DNA of 64,000 nt from Felis catus (Eukaryota), in NCBI RefSeq assembly GCF_018350175.1, contig NC_058368.1:95916001-95980000 (forward strand), written 5' to 3'. The notes below the pieces were generated by a model that was not told where the DNA came from, did no database searches, and was given only the letters and a program-made list of their open reading frames with translations. The translations under genes were made by a program, and so were the position numbers. This document shows positions 35,871 to 48,480 of the stretch, piece by piece (the first letter of the stretch is position 1; each line of letters starts with the position of its first letter).

Positions 35871-36759
35871 ACACAAGACAAATTAGACAATCTCATCTTA
35901 TTCTCCTCATGTTGGAAGCAGTTGCTACTGTACCTGCATGTAATGTCTGTACAAGACAGAATACGCTATTTGCTTGCATCATTTTGATATCATTGAATAC
36001 CGTATGAACTATAAAATTTGACTTAGTGCTTTGTTAAAATATTTTAAGAGCATTTTTAACTGTATGTAGCTCATTAGAAAATGAAGTACAATGTCTGATT
36101 AGCCTAACAGAACATACGAATTACTATATTTTGGCACAAAGAGTGGAAAAATACAGAGAACATGTATCACGGAGGAAATAACTGTATTTATTGATTTCAT
36201 GGTAAATTATCGCCTCGAAATAACTATAGTTCTGTTTGCCCATTTGAGATAAAGCAGTAGGCAAAGTGATTTATCTAGACTGTGCACCATTTAGAGTAGC
36301 CGGGGTCAGCTATTTGGCCAAGTTTAAGCCCTGGCTTTTTTCACTGGACTGATGAAGTGACTACGTTTTAAGGTCACTTCCAAATCTTATGATAAGGAAG
36401 ACCCAGAAGGAAATCGGCTGGCGGGACCTGAAGCAGTTTGGATAAGACACATGGAAAAAGCAACCCAAGATAGGCCGCTTTGATAAGGAAAAAAAGAGAG
36501 GAACGTTTGTAGGCTGGGATTCGCTGAAGTAGCTGAAAAAAGCAAAACCTATGGAATATTAAAAGAAAAAAGGGCAACTTTCACTGATGGCCTCTGGAGA
36601 TTCAAGCCTCGAATGACATTGAATAAAATCTTTACTCTCCTGTGCCTGGATACACACCTCTGGATGAATCTTGTTGGCTCTGTAGATTGAGAGAAAACAG
36701 AGTTCTCCCACCAGACCACTACCAGTATTTGTGAATAGGATTTAGAGTCCTCTCCAAAT

Positions 36760-37300
36760 TAGCTTGGATTTTTTTTTTTTTTTTTTTTTTTACTCAAAGC
36801 AGAGGCTAAACTAAGGATTTGTGTGTAGATGTTTTTTTTTTTTTTTGGGGGGGGGGGAGTGGGGAAGTGACAGGAGATCAGTCTAGGGAACATAACAGGC
36901 AACAGCCAGTGAGAGCCAGTCAAGAGAGGTGAAGGGTCCACGGGAGAGCACGGTGGGAGGTTGCTCCCTGGGCGTGGCCATTGGCATTTGATCCCTCTGA
37001 GATTTTCTGGGGAGTAAACATAACAGTTCTCAAAACGTCCACAAAAGATCTCCAAGGGAAAGCACTTGTCACCCTTGCTTTGGAGAGCTCCCCTGGGTGG
37101 GCGAGCACGTAATTTGTCACCCCCTCACATCAGGGCATTGGAAAAGCCCTGAAAGAAAGCAGAAATCACACGCAGCATATTTGAGCCAACGCACTGTCCA
37201 CACAACCTCAGTCAAATCCCGCAGAAAACTCGTCAGGGAATCAGGTGGTGGAGAGGGTGCAGGACGCCCTATACGGGGGTTCGATACACCTTCTGGACTT
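36760..37300. mobile_element. Old ERVL solo LTR (LTR16-like)
   Basis: 'caaagcagaggctaaactaaggatttgtgtgtagatg...ggagtggggaagtga' resembles the LTR16-family start. Confidence 0.4.
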
Positions 37301-38799
37301 GTGAAGTTTTGGCGAGGCAAGCAGACAGTTGAGTTCCCTCCGTCTGGAATGTGAAAGGCTGTCCTCTTGAGTGATCAGAGAGGAATTTTCTTCTTATTTT
37401 CTCCTACTGGGTTTCTGCCTATCCTTTTAATATACTCAAGGATCTGCACAGGGGTCTAGGGATGGGCCATTTTTCTCATACACTGTATTTCTGTTCCATG
37501 GAGAAACTAATATATTTTTAGGCATGGGGTTTAGACAGGGCCCCATTCATTCTCAGAGGTAAGCCCTCTTTGAAATAAGAAACAATTTTTTTCACTCCCA
37601 TACACTTGAGATCACTTTCCCCTTCCAAGTGCTGGAACAGGCTCCTTAAAAGCTTGCTTTCTTTAAGTTCCAATAAAACCTAAATCTGTATTATCCTTCT
37701 AGTACAGACTTAACGTGCTGGGTTTTGACAGATCATAATCAAGATTTTTAAAGTTGCGTCATTTCTGCCTCGCTTACCTGGACGATGCAAACACGGAGGA
37801 AAGCAGTGGCCTCTTCCTTTCTGGTGGAGGGATCTGTTGGACAGTAGTAATGGTTATTGAAAGTACATGTGAACTGTGTGTGAAAGATGCATTGATCTAA
37901 GAAAGGCAAAGGGATGAGGTTTCCACAAAAGTCCTTTTCAAAATCGGTATTTTGTTTATTTTGATCTGTTCAGAAAAGCAAAGCCCAAAAGTCCTTTAGG
38001 AAGGGTAATAGCGTGTAATCTTCCATAGATGAAGGTTTAGAGACATACTTCTAAGAGAAAACAGTACATTTGGCATCAATAAAAGCGATGTCAGTGGGTC
38101 AGTTTGAGGAGATTGGAAGTAAAATAGTAAGAGGAAAGGATGGAGGGAAGCCATCCGAGAGGTTAGATTTGGATCAGAGAACTCGGGGATAAATGGGTGA
38201 ATCTTGGTGAAAAACCTTACATACATTTTGAATAGTGAAAGAGAAAATAATAATAAAGTCCCAGCTTCTGATTCAGGATTTAAAATACCTGGGACTTGCT
38301 GTCCAGAATCTTAAAATAGTACCTGCGATGTCCTTTCAGGGTGGTTTTATGCCTCTCACGGGACTTACATTGCTATAAACGTTTCTTCTTTCATAATTAT
38401 TTACACAGCGTGCTCTCAGTGTGAAATGAAATATTATTTCATTACTTTTTGGTAGACCTTTATAAAAAGATTGTGCTGTGAACTAATCAACAAAAGGTAA
38501 AGCTGACATTTAAATAGCCATCCACCTCTTGGCGTTCTCTACTGTGAAATTCAAAGAAAGAAAAGAGGGAGCCAGCACTTGCCCCCCAGGGTCACACGTA
38601 TATTTCTCACAGGATACAAAAACATACAAATGGGTGGGTTGATGCCACTGTTGAATTGCATGCCCTATAGCTTCTTACGTAAGAACTGTCTAATATACCA
38701 GTGATCTTTGCTAATTCAAACAATTCCAAGGTTGCTCCTTTGGAAATCAGGGTTGTATTTTCTTATAAAAGCAATGTTAGAAATTAGAGTCTCGGGACA

Positions 38800-39030
38800 A
38801 GAGGGTGGCTGGATTGCTCAGTCAGTTAAGTGTCTGACTTCAGGTAATGATCTCATGGTTCATGGGTTCAAGCCCCATGTCGGGCTCTGTGCTGACAGCT
38901 TGGAGCCTGGAGCCTGCTTCAGGTTCTGTGTCTCCCCCTCTCTCTCTCTGCCTCTCCACTGCTCATCCTCATGCTTTGTCTCTGTCTCTGTCTCCCTCTC
39001 AAAAATAAACATTAAATTTTTTTTTTTTAA
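38800..39030 (+). mobile_element. Can-SINE
   Basis: B box gggttcaagccc, CT tract, tail. Confidence 0.92.
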
Positions 39031-39795
39031 AAAAGGAGACCATCGTAGAGATTGAGGATTAATTGGGAGAAATTTTGACATAGGAATTGGAAATAGAGAT
39101 GAAGCTTCTCTAATGACTGTTCAGTTCCATAGCCACCCACGCCTAGGTTTCCCTCAGTGGTAATTCCCCAGGCTGCCCACGACCCTCAGGTACATGATAA
39201 GAGGGACACCATATCATTCTGTCTAATGAGTTTTGACTTCTGTATTTATTACCTCCAATTCTCTCAAAGGGTTAAAAAGGAATATTTACGAATCTAAAGA
39301 TCTGGCACTGGTTGCATTCTACAAGTGTAGCAAGGGAAGTCCAAAGGTCCTGTGACACAAAAGCAAAACTTTAGGTGGCTCTGCTGATTGCCATGCGTGT
39401 TGGGCCCCTTCAGTCCTCAAAGGACATCTTTGCTCCTTCTTAACTGGGCCATTTTGCTGCTTGAGAAACTCCTGCTTGTCTTTTAGGGTGAAGTTCAATG
39501 GCACCTCACCCGGCACAGTGTTGCAGTCTTCCACACTCTCCAAGCACTTGGCTGTGATTCGATCGGGCCAGAACTCTTTATTTTTAATAACGAGGATGGA
39601 GAAAAAAGACAGGGAGGGAAGAGGGAGGAGGAAGAAGAGAAGGGAAGAATGAGAAGAAAAGGAAGAGAAAAAAGTTTCTCTTCTGTTCTCTCTCCCTTTG
39701 CCCTCATGAGTCCTATCTAACTCATACCCAATGATATTATTAATATGCGGTGATTAAATACAATGAATGTTGCCTTTTTAAAAACTGATGATATC

Positions 39796-39985
39796 GGGGT
39801 ACCTGCGTGGCTCAGTCGGGTGAGCGTCCGACTTTGGCTCAGGTCATGATCTCACTGCTGGTGCATCCGAGCCCCAGCACAGAGCCTGCTTCGGATCCTC
39901 TGACCCCTTCTCTCTCTGCCCCTCTCTTGCTCACACACACATTCTGTCTCTCTAAAATCAATACACATTTAAAAACAAAATAAAA
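39796..39985 (+). mobile_element. Can-SINE (internally deleted)
   Basis: TSD aaaactgatg(a/g)ta. Confidence 0.92.
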
Positions 39986-40601
39986 ACTGATGGTAGTTAA
40001 TACCTAGGAAGTGCCAATTGTTCAACTATTAACCTCAGCCTGTACATATTTTTGATTCATTAAAGGAAAGAATTATTTCCCAAAAGAAAATCCCTTCTGG
40101 GAGCCAGCTCCCTTGATACGTGGCATCCCATTGGCCTGTTTTCTTATAAAGTCTCCCACGGTGTCTGGGGTTTGATGGATATTTATGGGGGAAAGGGGCT
40201 GAGAAATAGTCTGGAGGATGGGTGTTGGAGAAGTCCCATCCTCTGGCATTTTCCCGAACAGATAAGCAGCTAAGCCATAAATACAAGTGATGAGAGTTAC
40301 ATTCATTGCTGCGAGGTCATATTTTTGACTCTGAGAAAATTCAGGCTATTGTCAGACATATGTCAGACATGAGGGAGACCCGACCAAAGTCATATTCAGG
40401 AGAGATGTGCAGAGGGGCTACACAGATTGTAAACCGGGTCTCATTAAGTACATTACCCATCCGTGTGTGTGTGTGTCCGGACACAGGCACATATGTAATG
40501 AGTTATTGTGAGTATGTCTTATTTGATTTGAACAATGTCTATGAGGTTTATGTATATGAGGGAGAAATGAACATTCTGGCTTATAGAATAGTGAAACAGC
40601 A

Positions 40602-40805
40602 CTTTTTTTTTCTTTTTGAGAGAGAGAGAGGGCAGGAGCAGGGGAGGGACAGAGAGAGAGAGGCAGAGAGAGAGAATCCCAAGCAGGCTCTGCACTGTCA
40701 GCACAGAGCCCGACTCAGGACTCGATGCCATGCACTGTGAGATCGTGACCTGAGCTTAGATAAAGAGTTGGACACTTAACACCGACTGAGCCACCCAGGA
40801 ACCCA
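40602..40805 (-). mobile_element. Can-SINE
   Basis: Antisense body. Confidence 0.92.
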
Positions 40806-40829
40806 AGACAGGACTTCTTAAAGGAATTT

Positions 40830-41020
40830 CATCACCCTTGCCCCTAGTTGGAGCAATCCCCTTTTCCCAAATTATTGCAATTACTTGCTTATTCATCATC
40901 TCCCACAATGGATCCTGAACTTCCAGAGAATAAACGTACCTTTTATCACCTTGGTACTTCCCAGTACTTAGCAAAGTTCTTAATATAAGACAGGTGTTCA
41001 GTAAATATTGAATGATGCAA
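40830..41020 (+). mobile_element. L2 3' end
   Basis: 'cccagtacttagcaaagttcttaatataagacaggtgttcagtaaatattgaatg'. Confidence 0.65.
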
Positions 41021-41355
41021 TGGAAATTGTCCAAATGTTCTGCTTTCTGTAGCATCTCGTCATCCTTCTCAATTCACGGATCCTCTAATAGTTATTATTA
41101 AATTATTAATTCAATTAAACAGATGCTCCCTTGGGACGCCTGGAAGGGCTTCTACTCTGTAGCTGCAAAGTCAGCAAGCAGAGTCATTTGTGAAATTAGT
41201 ATGAGGGGATGTTTCTCAATTCCTCTGAACCTCATTTTTAATTTAACAGACAGGTTCCTAAATGGATGAGACATGATTTTTGTGATACTTCTGTAATTAC
41301 TTCAAGGAAACTTAAAGAATTCCTAATATAGATCTTCATAAAAAGTGAATAATCA

Positions 41356-41560
41356 GGGGCGCCTGGGTAGCTCATTTGGTTAAGCGTCCGACTCTTGATT
41401 TCAGCTTAGGTCATGATCTCACAGTTCCTGAACAAGTCCCACCTCGGGCTCTGAGAGCGTGGAGCCTGTTTGGGATTCATTGTCTCTCTCCCCCTTTGTT
41501 CCTTCCCCCCTGCCCTCTCTTTTCTCTCAGAGTAAATAAAAAAAAATTAATTTTTTTTTT
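41356..41560 (+). mobile_element. Can-SINE
   Basis: Perfect TSD aaaaagtgaataatca on both sides. Confidence 0.95.
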
Positions 41561-42170
41561 AAAAAGTGAATAATCATGTCTCCCCATCCGTAGTCTGAGT
41601 TTTACAGTCTATCTGTGTTCTTGGGTCCTATCAAGTTTTCTATACTCTAAGCTAAACTTTATTACTCAATTAGCACCTTCCTACAATATTTCTCTACTGT
41701 TCTCAAAAGTCCAGATTACAGGTACATAATTAGTACAAGGATTTCCCTCTAGATTTTCATTATTCTTTCCATCTTTTCCTAAAACCCCGCTATGGCTGAA
41801 CAAACAAGATAACCACAGAAAGGAGAGAGTACATTTGTCTTCTAGATCCCTTTGAACTCTCTGGGCTGGTGACAGTAATTTTCTTGCTTGCCAGAGAAGG
41901 ATCTCACTGCCCCTGCAGTTTCTACAAAGGTATCGCCTGAGGCATATAGTTCAGAAGATGGCTTATCCCCGGGACAACCTTCATTGCCTTCAACCTTCAT
42001 TGCCTTGAGGTGGATAACTTGACTTACCCTCCAGTACAGCCAGGAAGGTATAGTCTGAGGCCTGGAGGAAATGGACGGCACGCGGAAGGAATCACAGGAG
42101 TTGGCTAGTCTACACTACCGGCAACCGAGGGAACACCTATGGGAGGGTTTCAGTGGACTGGAGATTTGTG

Positions 42171-42582
42171 CAGTGTTTCTCAAAGTGTGGTCAGCAAACA
42201 GTAGCATCAGGATCACCTACAAGCTTATTAGAAATGCAAATTTTAGGCGTGCCGGGGTGGCTCAGTCGGTTAAGCATCTGACTTTCGCTCAGGTCACGAT
42301 CTCGTGGCTCCTAGGTTCAAGCCCCACGTTGGGCTCTGTGCTGACAGCTCGGAGCCTGGAGCCTGCTTCGGATTCTGTGTCTCCTTCTCTCTCTGCCCCT
42401 TCACCACTCGTGCTCTGTCTCTCTCACTCTCAAAAATAAATAAACATTAAAAAAAAAAAGAACTGCAAATTTCATGCACCACCCCAGACCTACAGTGTCA
42501 GTATCTTTGGGGTGGCCCCAGCATTTTGTATTTTACCAAAAGCTCTAGGGGTTCTGATGCCAGCAACAATTTGAGACCACTT
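42171..42582. mobile_element. MER5A-like hAT-Charlie MITE, interrupted by a SINE
   Basis: Termini 'cagtgtttctcaaa' / 'ttgagaccactt'; internal 'agcatcaggatcacct...gcttattagaaatgcaaat' and 'ccccagacctac...ttctgatgc'. Confidence 0.85.
42246..42460 (+). mobile_element. Can-SINE nested in MER5A
   Basis: TSD agaa(a/c)tgcaaattt. Confidence 0.95.
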
Positions 42583-43340
42583 CTCTTAGGGGCCACATCA
42601 TTTTCTTTTATCCCCACTATGCCTTGCTCCAGCCCCTGCTTCTGGCCCTCTGTCCTGCATGGGCTCCAACAGATTTCCTACAGGTATAGCCTGATGGTGT
42701 CTCACCTCCTGCTGTACCCTACAACCTGTGTCTCCGGTCCTAAAGCTAACCCTTGAATTCCCAACACACAACAAGAGTATGGGATTCAGCTTAGTATCCA
42801 TACGTAAGCAGTCTGAAACCATGGGGAATTTCCACCTTCCCTGAGGGCCAATCTTGAACAAATAGGAGATCGGAATGAGGGAATATATTTTTATCATTTC
42901 CTACCTTGGGATAGGGTGTCTTGAATGCGGTTTGTATGATTTCTTAATGACATCAAGCCATCACTAGCCATCAGTTCAGAAACGTGTTCTTGGAAGTTTG
43001 CCTCTCTGCCGTGTCTCACTCTGCTGATCAGCTCTCTGGTATTGCCTTTCCTAAAAACAGGAGCAGCACAGAAGCCTTGGCCTCCGGCTCTTATTTCTGG
43101 AGGAAGTAGGCTAAAACAAAAGATGCCTGAGACATGGGATTTATCGCACTATCATCCCTGCAGCTCTGGTGTGTCCTTTTGATATAGGAAAAAAAATGCA
43201 AACTAATGTTTCCATAATAACCTATTAGAGTGGAAGTTGTGTTACATTTAACATTAAAGGATAAAGCCAATGCATCATGGCACATGTATTGAATACATGC
43301 ATGTAATTTTCTCTTTGTTAGTTCTGGAGCTTGATCGGAC

Positions 43341-43547
43341 TTTTTTTTTTTTTTAAATATATGAAATTTATTGTCAAATTGGTTTCCATACAACACCCAG
43401 TGCTCATCCCAAAAGATGCCCTTCTCAATACCCATCACCCACCCTCCCCTCCCTCCCACCCCCCCATCAGCCCTCATTTTGTTCTCATTTTTTTAAGAGT
43501 CTCTTATGCTTTGGCTCTCTCCCACTCTAACCTTTTTTTTTTTTTTT
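43341..43547 (-). mobile_element. Young felid LINE-1 3' terminal fragment (L1_Fc-like, ~200 bp)
   Basis: Antisense of '...ggttagagtgggagagagccaaagcataagagactc...gggatgagcactgggtgttgtatggaaaccaatttgacaataaatttcatat' plus polyA; TSD atcgga(c/t)ttt. Confidence 0.9.
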
Positions 43548-43792
43548 ATCGGATTTTAACACACTGTTTTCTCCTTTTGCTCTGTTTCTTCAAAAAACTG
43601 AACCGAGGTAGGAGTTCTTCAGTAGAATCACAAATGTTTGTAATACCGTTCAGGAAAAGGGGGCCTGTTTTCTTCAGCCCTGGATTAGCCTTTCTTTTAA
43701 GCATCCTGATTCTTAGACTGTTCTTTTGGATTTCCTCCCTTATGAATTATTCACTAATGGAGGTGAAGGTGAGTATACATTTCTATTTATTC

Positions 43793-44012
43793 TTTTTAAA
43801 AAAAATTTTTGTTAATGTTTATTTTCAAAAGACAGAGAGGCACAGTGTGAGCAGGGGAAGGGCAGAGAGAGAGGGAGAGACAGAATCCGAAGCAGGCCCC
43901 AGGCTCTGAGCTCTCAGCACAGAGCCCGACACGGGGCTCGAACTCATGAACTGTGAGATCATGACCTGAGCCAAAGTCAGACACCCAACCGACTGAGCCA
44001 CCCAGGTGCCCC
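43793..44012 (-). mobile_element. Can-SINE
   Basis: Antisense body. Confidence 0.95.
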
Positions 44013-44280
44013 AGCACTCAGTGGATCTTAATAGTAATGGGTTCTGATGTGACGAAATCCCCCGCAGAGGGCAGAGCTGCACATATAAGGACAGGCTAAT
44101 GATTTTGGTCATCTACCTGGGGGTCAGAAGTATTCAGTAATTCTTCCGTTTTCTGAAAAGGTCACTGTGCTTCCTATGGTGCTTGATTCACTACCACGGA
44201 ATGTGTCCAGCTCTAAGAAAAATGTCTCTGAGATAGTGCCATCTTTGTGATTTGGAAAACGGTTTCAAAAAGCCTGTAAA

Positions 44281-44715
44281 GGAGCGCCTGGGTGGCTCAG
44301 TCTGTTGAGTGTCCGACTCTTTACTTTGGCTCAGCTCATGATCTCATGGTTCCTGGGGTCAAGCCCCATATCAGGCTCCATGGTAATAGCACAGGACCTG
44401 CTTGGGATTCTGTCTCTGTGCCTCTCCCCCACTCGCACACATGCACTCTCTCTCTTTCTTTCCCAAAATGAATAAAACCAAAAAACCTCTTGGGGCACCT
44501 ATGTGGCTCGGTCGGTTAAGCGTCTGACTTTTGATTTCAGCTCAGGTCGTGATCTCACAGTTTGTGAGCTCGAGCCCCACATCGGGCTCTGCGCTGACAG
44601 TGCAGAGACCTCTTGGGATTTTCTCTCCCTCTCTCTCTCTCTGCCCCTCCCTACTGGCACTCTCTCTCACTCTCAAAGTAAGTAAGTAAAAATAAATGTT
44701 TAAAAAATAAATAAA
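44281..44715 (+). mobile_element. Two tandem Can-SINEs (44281-44483; 44492-44715)
   Basis: Two heads; the second is flanked by TSD aaaaacctct. Confidence 0.93.
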
Positions 44716-44789
44716 AACCTCTAAAGTGAAATATCGCCTTAACGTGTTTACTGCAGTATCTTACATTTCCCATTAGGGGTCACTTTCTT

Positions 44790-44960
44790 GTTTTTCCCCC
44801 AGCTGTATTGAGATATAATTGACAAAATCAGTGTGTAAGTTTAAGGTCTACAGCATTTTGATTTGGTTTGGCACACTGAAATATTGCAAAATGATTACCA
44901 TTATGGGGTTAGCTAACACCTCCATCTGGTCACATGATCACCACATCTTCTTTGGGGTGA
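44790..44960 (-). mobile_element. LINE-1 3' end fragment (L1MA-type)
   Basis: 'ccagctgtattgagatataattgacaaaa...gtgtaagtttaaggtctacagc...tattgcaaaatgattacca'. Confidence 0.75.

Positions 44961-44961
<1 letters not shown>

Positions 44962-45022
<61 letters not shown>
44962..45022. repeat. (TA)n(TG)n microsatellite
   Basis: Directly visible. Confidence 0.95.
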
Positions 45023-45027
45023 ATTTA

Positions 45028-45243
45028 AATTTTTTTAAACATCTTTATTTATTTTTGAGAGACAGAGCATGAGCGGGGGAAGGGCAGAGACAGAGGGAGA
45101 CACAGAATCTGAAGCAAGCTCCAGGCACTGAGCTGTCAGCACAGAGCCCGATGTGGCCCGATGGGGCTCGAACCCACAGACTGTGAGATCATGACCTGAG
45201 CTGAAGTCAGATGCTCGACTGACTGAGCCACCCAGGTGCCCCT
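45028..45243 (-). mobile_element. Can-SINE
   Basis: Antisense body with a small internal duplication (gcccgatg). Confidence 0.95.
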
Positions 45244-45748
45244 CAGTGCATCTTTTCTAGGCCCTCTATACCTAGGCCTAGGTGGAGTTGGGATATGTGT
45301 TAAATTTTTTTCATGCGTGCTGAGACTGTTTCATGTTTCAGCATTGATGATCTCAACCTAGATGTGTCTCCTTTTCCTATTTCCACCTAACTGTTTTAGG
45401 ACCATTTCTCTGCTGCCACTTCTGGCACCACACCACAACTGATGTCTGGTCAACCCTCCATCTTACATTTACTGAATCCTTATCAGAACTCTACACCGTA
45501 ATTCCTGAAACGAAGACCCATCATTTTGGATGTCCTCACTAACTCAGAGCCACATCACTGAAGTTCATGCCAGCAAAGTGGGTGATTGGATACATGGTAG
45601 AGGTACTTACTGGGGAAGGAAAAGGAACAAAAAGCTAGTCCTTGGGGATTTTACATCTTAGAAATGGGAAGAGATACAAAAGAAAAATTTATCAACTGGT
45701 CATGAGATTGGGACACACTAAAACAATACAAATGCCATTTATTTAGTC

Positions 45749-45798
45749 TTTTCTTAATGTTTATTTACTTTTGAGAGAGAGAGAGAGTGCAGGGGAAG

Positions 45799-45840
<42 letters not shown>

Positions 45841-45970
45841 GAGAGAGAATCCCAAGTAGGCTCTCTGCTGACAGCACGGAGCCCAACATGGGGCTCAAAC
45901 TCATAAACCGTGGGATCATGACCTGAGCTGAAGTCAGGAGCTTAACCAACTGAGTCACCCAGATGCCCCC
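45749..45970 (-). mobile_element. Can-SINE
   Basis: TSD ttttatttagtct. Confidence 0.95.
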
Positions 45971-46036
45971 TTTTATTTAGTCTCCTAAAAAAATCTCAGT
46001 GTAACGACACACATTTCTATGGATTTCCTTATGTCA

Positions 46037-46063
46037 CTTTTTAAAAAATGTTTGTTTGTTTTT

Positions 46064-46103
<40 letters not shown>

Positions 46104-46243
46104 AGGGGAGGGTCAGAGAGAGTGGGAGACACAGCCTCCAGGCTCTGAGCTGTCAGCCCAACGTGGGGCTCAAACTCGTGAACCATGAGATCACGACCTG
46201 ATCCAAAGTCAGATGCTTCACCGACTGAACCATCCAGGTGCCC
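46037..46243 (-). mobile_element. Can-SINE
   Basis: Antisense body with (GA)n. Confidence 0.92.
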
Positions 46244-46347
46244 ATTTAATTAAATGATAATTTTTACCAGTTTAAATATATTTATCTGACCTACATATGC
46301 TATACTGGTTTTAACCACTTCTGTATATGTGTCTCTGTTGATTCCAG

Positions 46348-46569
46348 TTTTTTTTTTATTTTTTTTAATGTTTATTTATTTTTGAGACAGAGAGAGACAG
46401 AGCATGAACAGGGGAGGGTCAGAGAGAGAAGGAGACACAGAATCTGCAACAGGCTCCAGGCTCTGAGCTGTCAGCACAGAGCCTGACACGGGGCTCGAAT
46501 TCACAGACCGTGAGATCATGACCTGAGCCGAAGTCGGCGGCTTAACTGACTGAGCCACCCAGGCGCCCC
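46348..46569 (-). mobile_element. Can-SINE
   Basis: TSD tgattccagtttttt. Confidence 0.95.
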
Positions 46570-46933
46570 TGATTCCAGTTTTTTAAAGTTAAAAGCAATG
46601 AAAATCTGGTTCTGCACCACTGTAGTCCTCTTGTGTGAAAATATGGTCTTAGGATACATATTCCCAAAGGTAGAATTACTGAGTCAAACTGGATGAACTT
46701 GTTGCCTATGTCGTGTATTGTATATTACACAGGAAACGGCTGTGTTCAGTTGTATTAGTTTCATCACGGTTTGGAATATTTTCACTGAAGCAGAATTGTT
46801 TTACCCATAGTTTCAGAATACGGTGGTATCCTAAGAGATGTTTATATTCCATTTTTTAACATTTTATTATCTTAATAACTGACAAAATTGTACATTCCCC
46901 TGGTCTTTATAATCTTCACTTATGTAAATTTTT

Positions 46934-47155
46934 TTATTTAAAATTTTTTTTTCAACGTTTATTTATTTTTGGGACAGAGAGAGACAGAGCATGAACGGGG
47001 GAGGGGCAGAGAGAAAGGGAGACACAGAATCGGAAACAGGCTCCAGGCTCTGAGCCATCAGCCTAGAGCCTGACGCGGGGCTCGAACTCCCGGACCGCGA
47101 GATCGTGACCTGGCTGAAGTCGGACGCTTAACCGACTGCGCCACCCAGGCGCCCC
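46934..47155 (-). mobile_element. Young felid SINE (SINEC_Fc-like)
   Basis: Near-identical to 6058-6271; TSD tgtaaattttt (46923-46933 / 47156-47166). Confidence 0.97.
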
Positions 47156-47202
47156 TGTAAATTTTTGCTCATAATCTTTACCTTATTTAAAACGGAGAGT
47201 AA

Positions 47203-47440
47203 AGGGCACCTGGGGGGCTCAGTCAGGTAAGCATGAGACTCTGACTCTTGGTTTTGGCTCAGGTCATGATCTCCTGGTTAGTGAGTTAGCACCCTGCGTT
47301 GGGCTCTGCACTGACAGCCCGGAACCTGCTTAGGATACTCTACTCTCTCTCTCTTTCTCTCTCTGCCCTTCCTCTGCTCATGCTTGCTTTCTGTCTCTCT
47401 CTGTCAAAATAAATAAATAAACCTAAAAAATGAAATAAAA
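47203..47440 (+). mobile_element. Can-SINE (older)
   Basis: Head, CT tract, tail. Confidence 0.9.
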
Positions 47441-47739
47441 TGAAGTGCAAGATCCCGTTAAATTATCTTCAATTACCGCAGACTCTTTGAAAGGCACATT
47501 TGATGCATGTGTCCCCAGCATGACTTTTATATTAGCTGCTTTCATTCGTGCATAATTCTTACTATTTTATATTGTTAACCTGTCAGTTTGTTTTCCATCT
47601 GTCTTCTTCCCCCTTGCTGGACGTTGGCGTTGCTCATCGCATAAATACCGAGCGTATCATCTCTTCCGTATCTCTTTGTTTTCATTAGTGATTTTGTCTC
47701 CCTCTCCTTTGGCCTTAAATAGCATTTGTATGTAAATGA

Positions 47740-48480
47740 TTCCCGATCTTTCTGTCCCGATTCACCCTTTGTCCTGAGCTTCATGCACATGTGCACCTGA
47801 ATTTCACAGACACCCACCTGGCTTCAACTCTTGCTCCCTAAAGTACCCAGCAGAGGGCAGAGTCAAGCCCTTTCTTTGCACAGTTCAGATCACGTGATTC
47901 ATCTACGGCCAACCCTCCGTTGGCTTCTCATCCACCATACGCCGCAGTTCCCACTTCCTGCCCTGCTCAGTATATCCACGTTATGGATCCACACCTTTAA
48001 ATCCATGCCGTCCAAGTCCTTGTTCATTTCTCTGTATTCACACTGTGTGATTGTCTGTCCTCAAGCACGCACAGCCTGTTCCCCTCCAAGCTTTTTCTCC
48101 TGCTGGTCTCTCAGTGGAATGCGTGTCCTTTTGACATCTGCGTGCCTGCCCTCTTTCTTGTCAGGTCAGAGTTCAAAAGTCATCGTCTTCAATGTCCGTC
48201 CTCAGGCACTTGTCCACATCATAAAAACAAAACAAAACAAAAAAACCTCTTAAGTCACTATCTATAAAGTACGTTTTTTCATCTTCGTCACGAGGCTGAT
48301 ACCCTCGTGGTTTTAGTTTTTTCTTTTTGAATGTGAATTGTCTGTTTTTATTTTACTGCAATAAGTTTCAAGAGAATAGCTGTCCTGCCAATCCCTGTTC
48401 AGTTCATTGTGTTATGTCCATCATCTTGAATAGTGGAAGTAACGCAATAATCCCTTGTTGAATGGACGAATGAATGAGTT
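47740..48480 (+). mobile_element. L2 fragment
   Basis: L2-like body; ends 'cttgttgaatggacgaatgaatga'. Confidence 0.55.

Noticed and set aside
41975..42006. Short tandem duplications (16 bp x2 here; 21 bp x2 at 7587-7628; 10 bp x3 near 32828)
   Set aside because: Ordinary slippage products with no evidence of function.
43283..43299. 17-bp palindrome catgtattgaatacatg
   Set aside because: An 8-bp arm palindrome is expected by chance in 64 kb of AT-rich DNA.
43331..43909. 192-aa hydrophobic ORF
   Set aside because: Reads through an antisense L1 stub, polyT tracts and an antisense SINE; non-ATG start.
43793..47440. CRISPR-like repeat-spacer array
   Set aside because: Repeats are ~200-bp SINEs in mixed orientation with irregular spacing in mammalian DNA; no cas genes.
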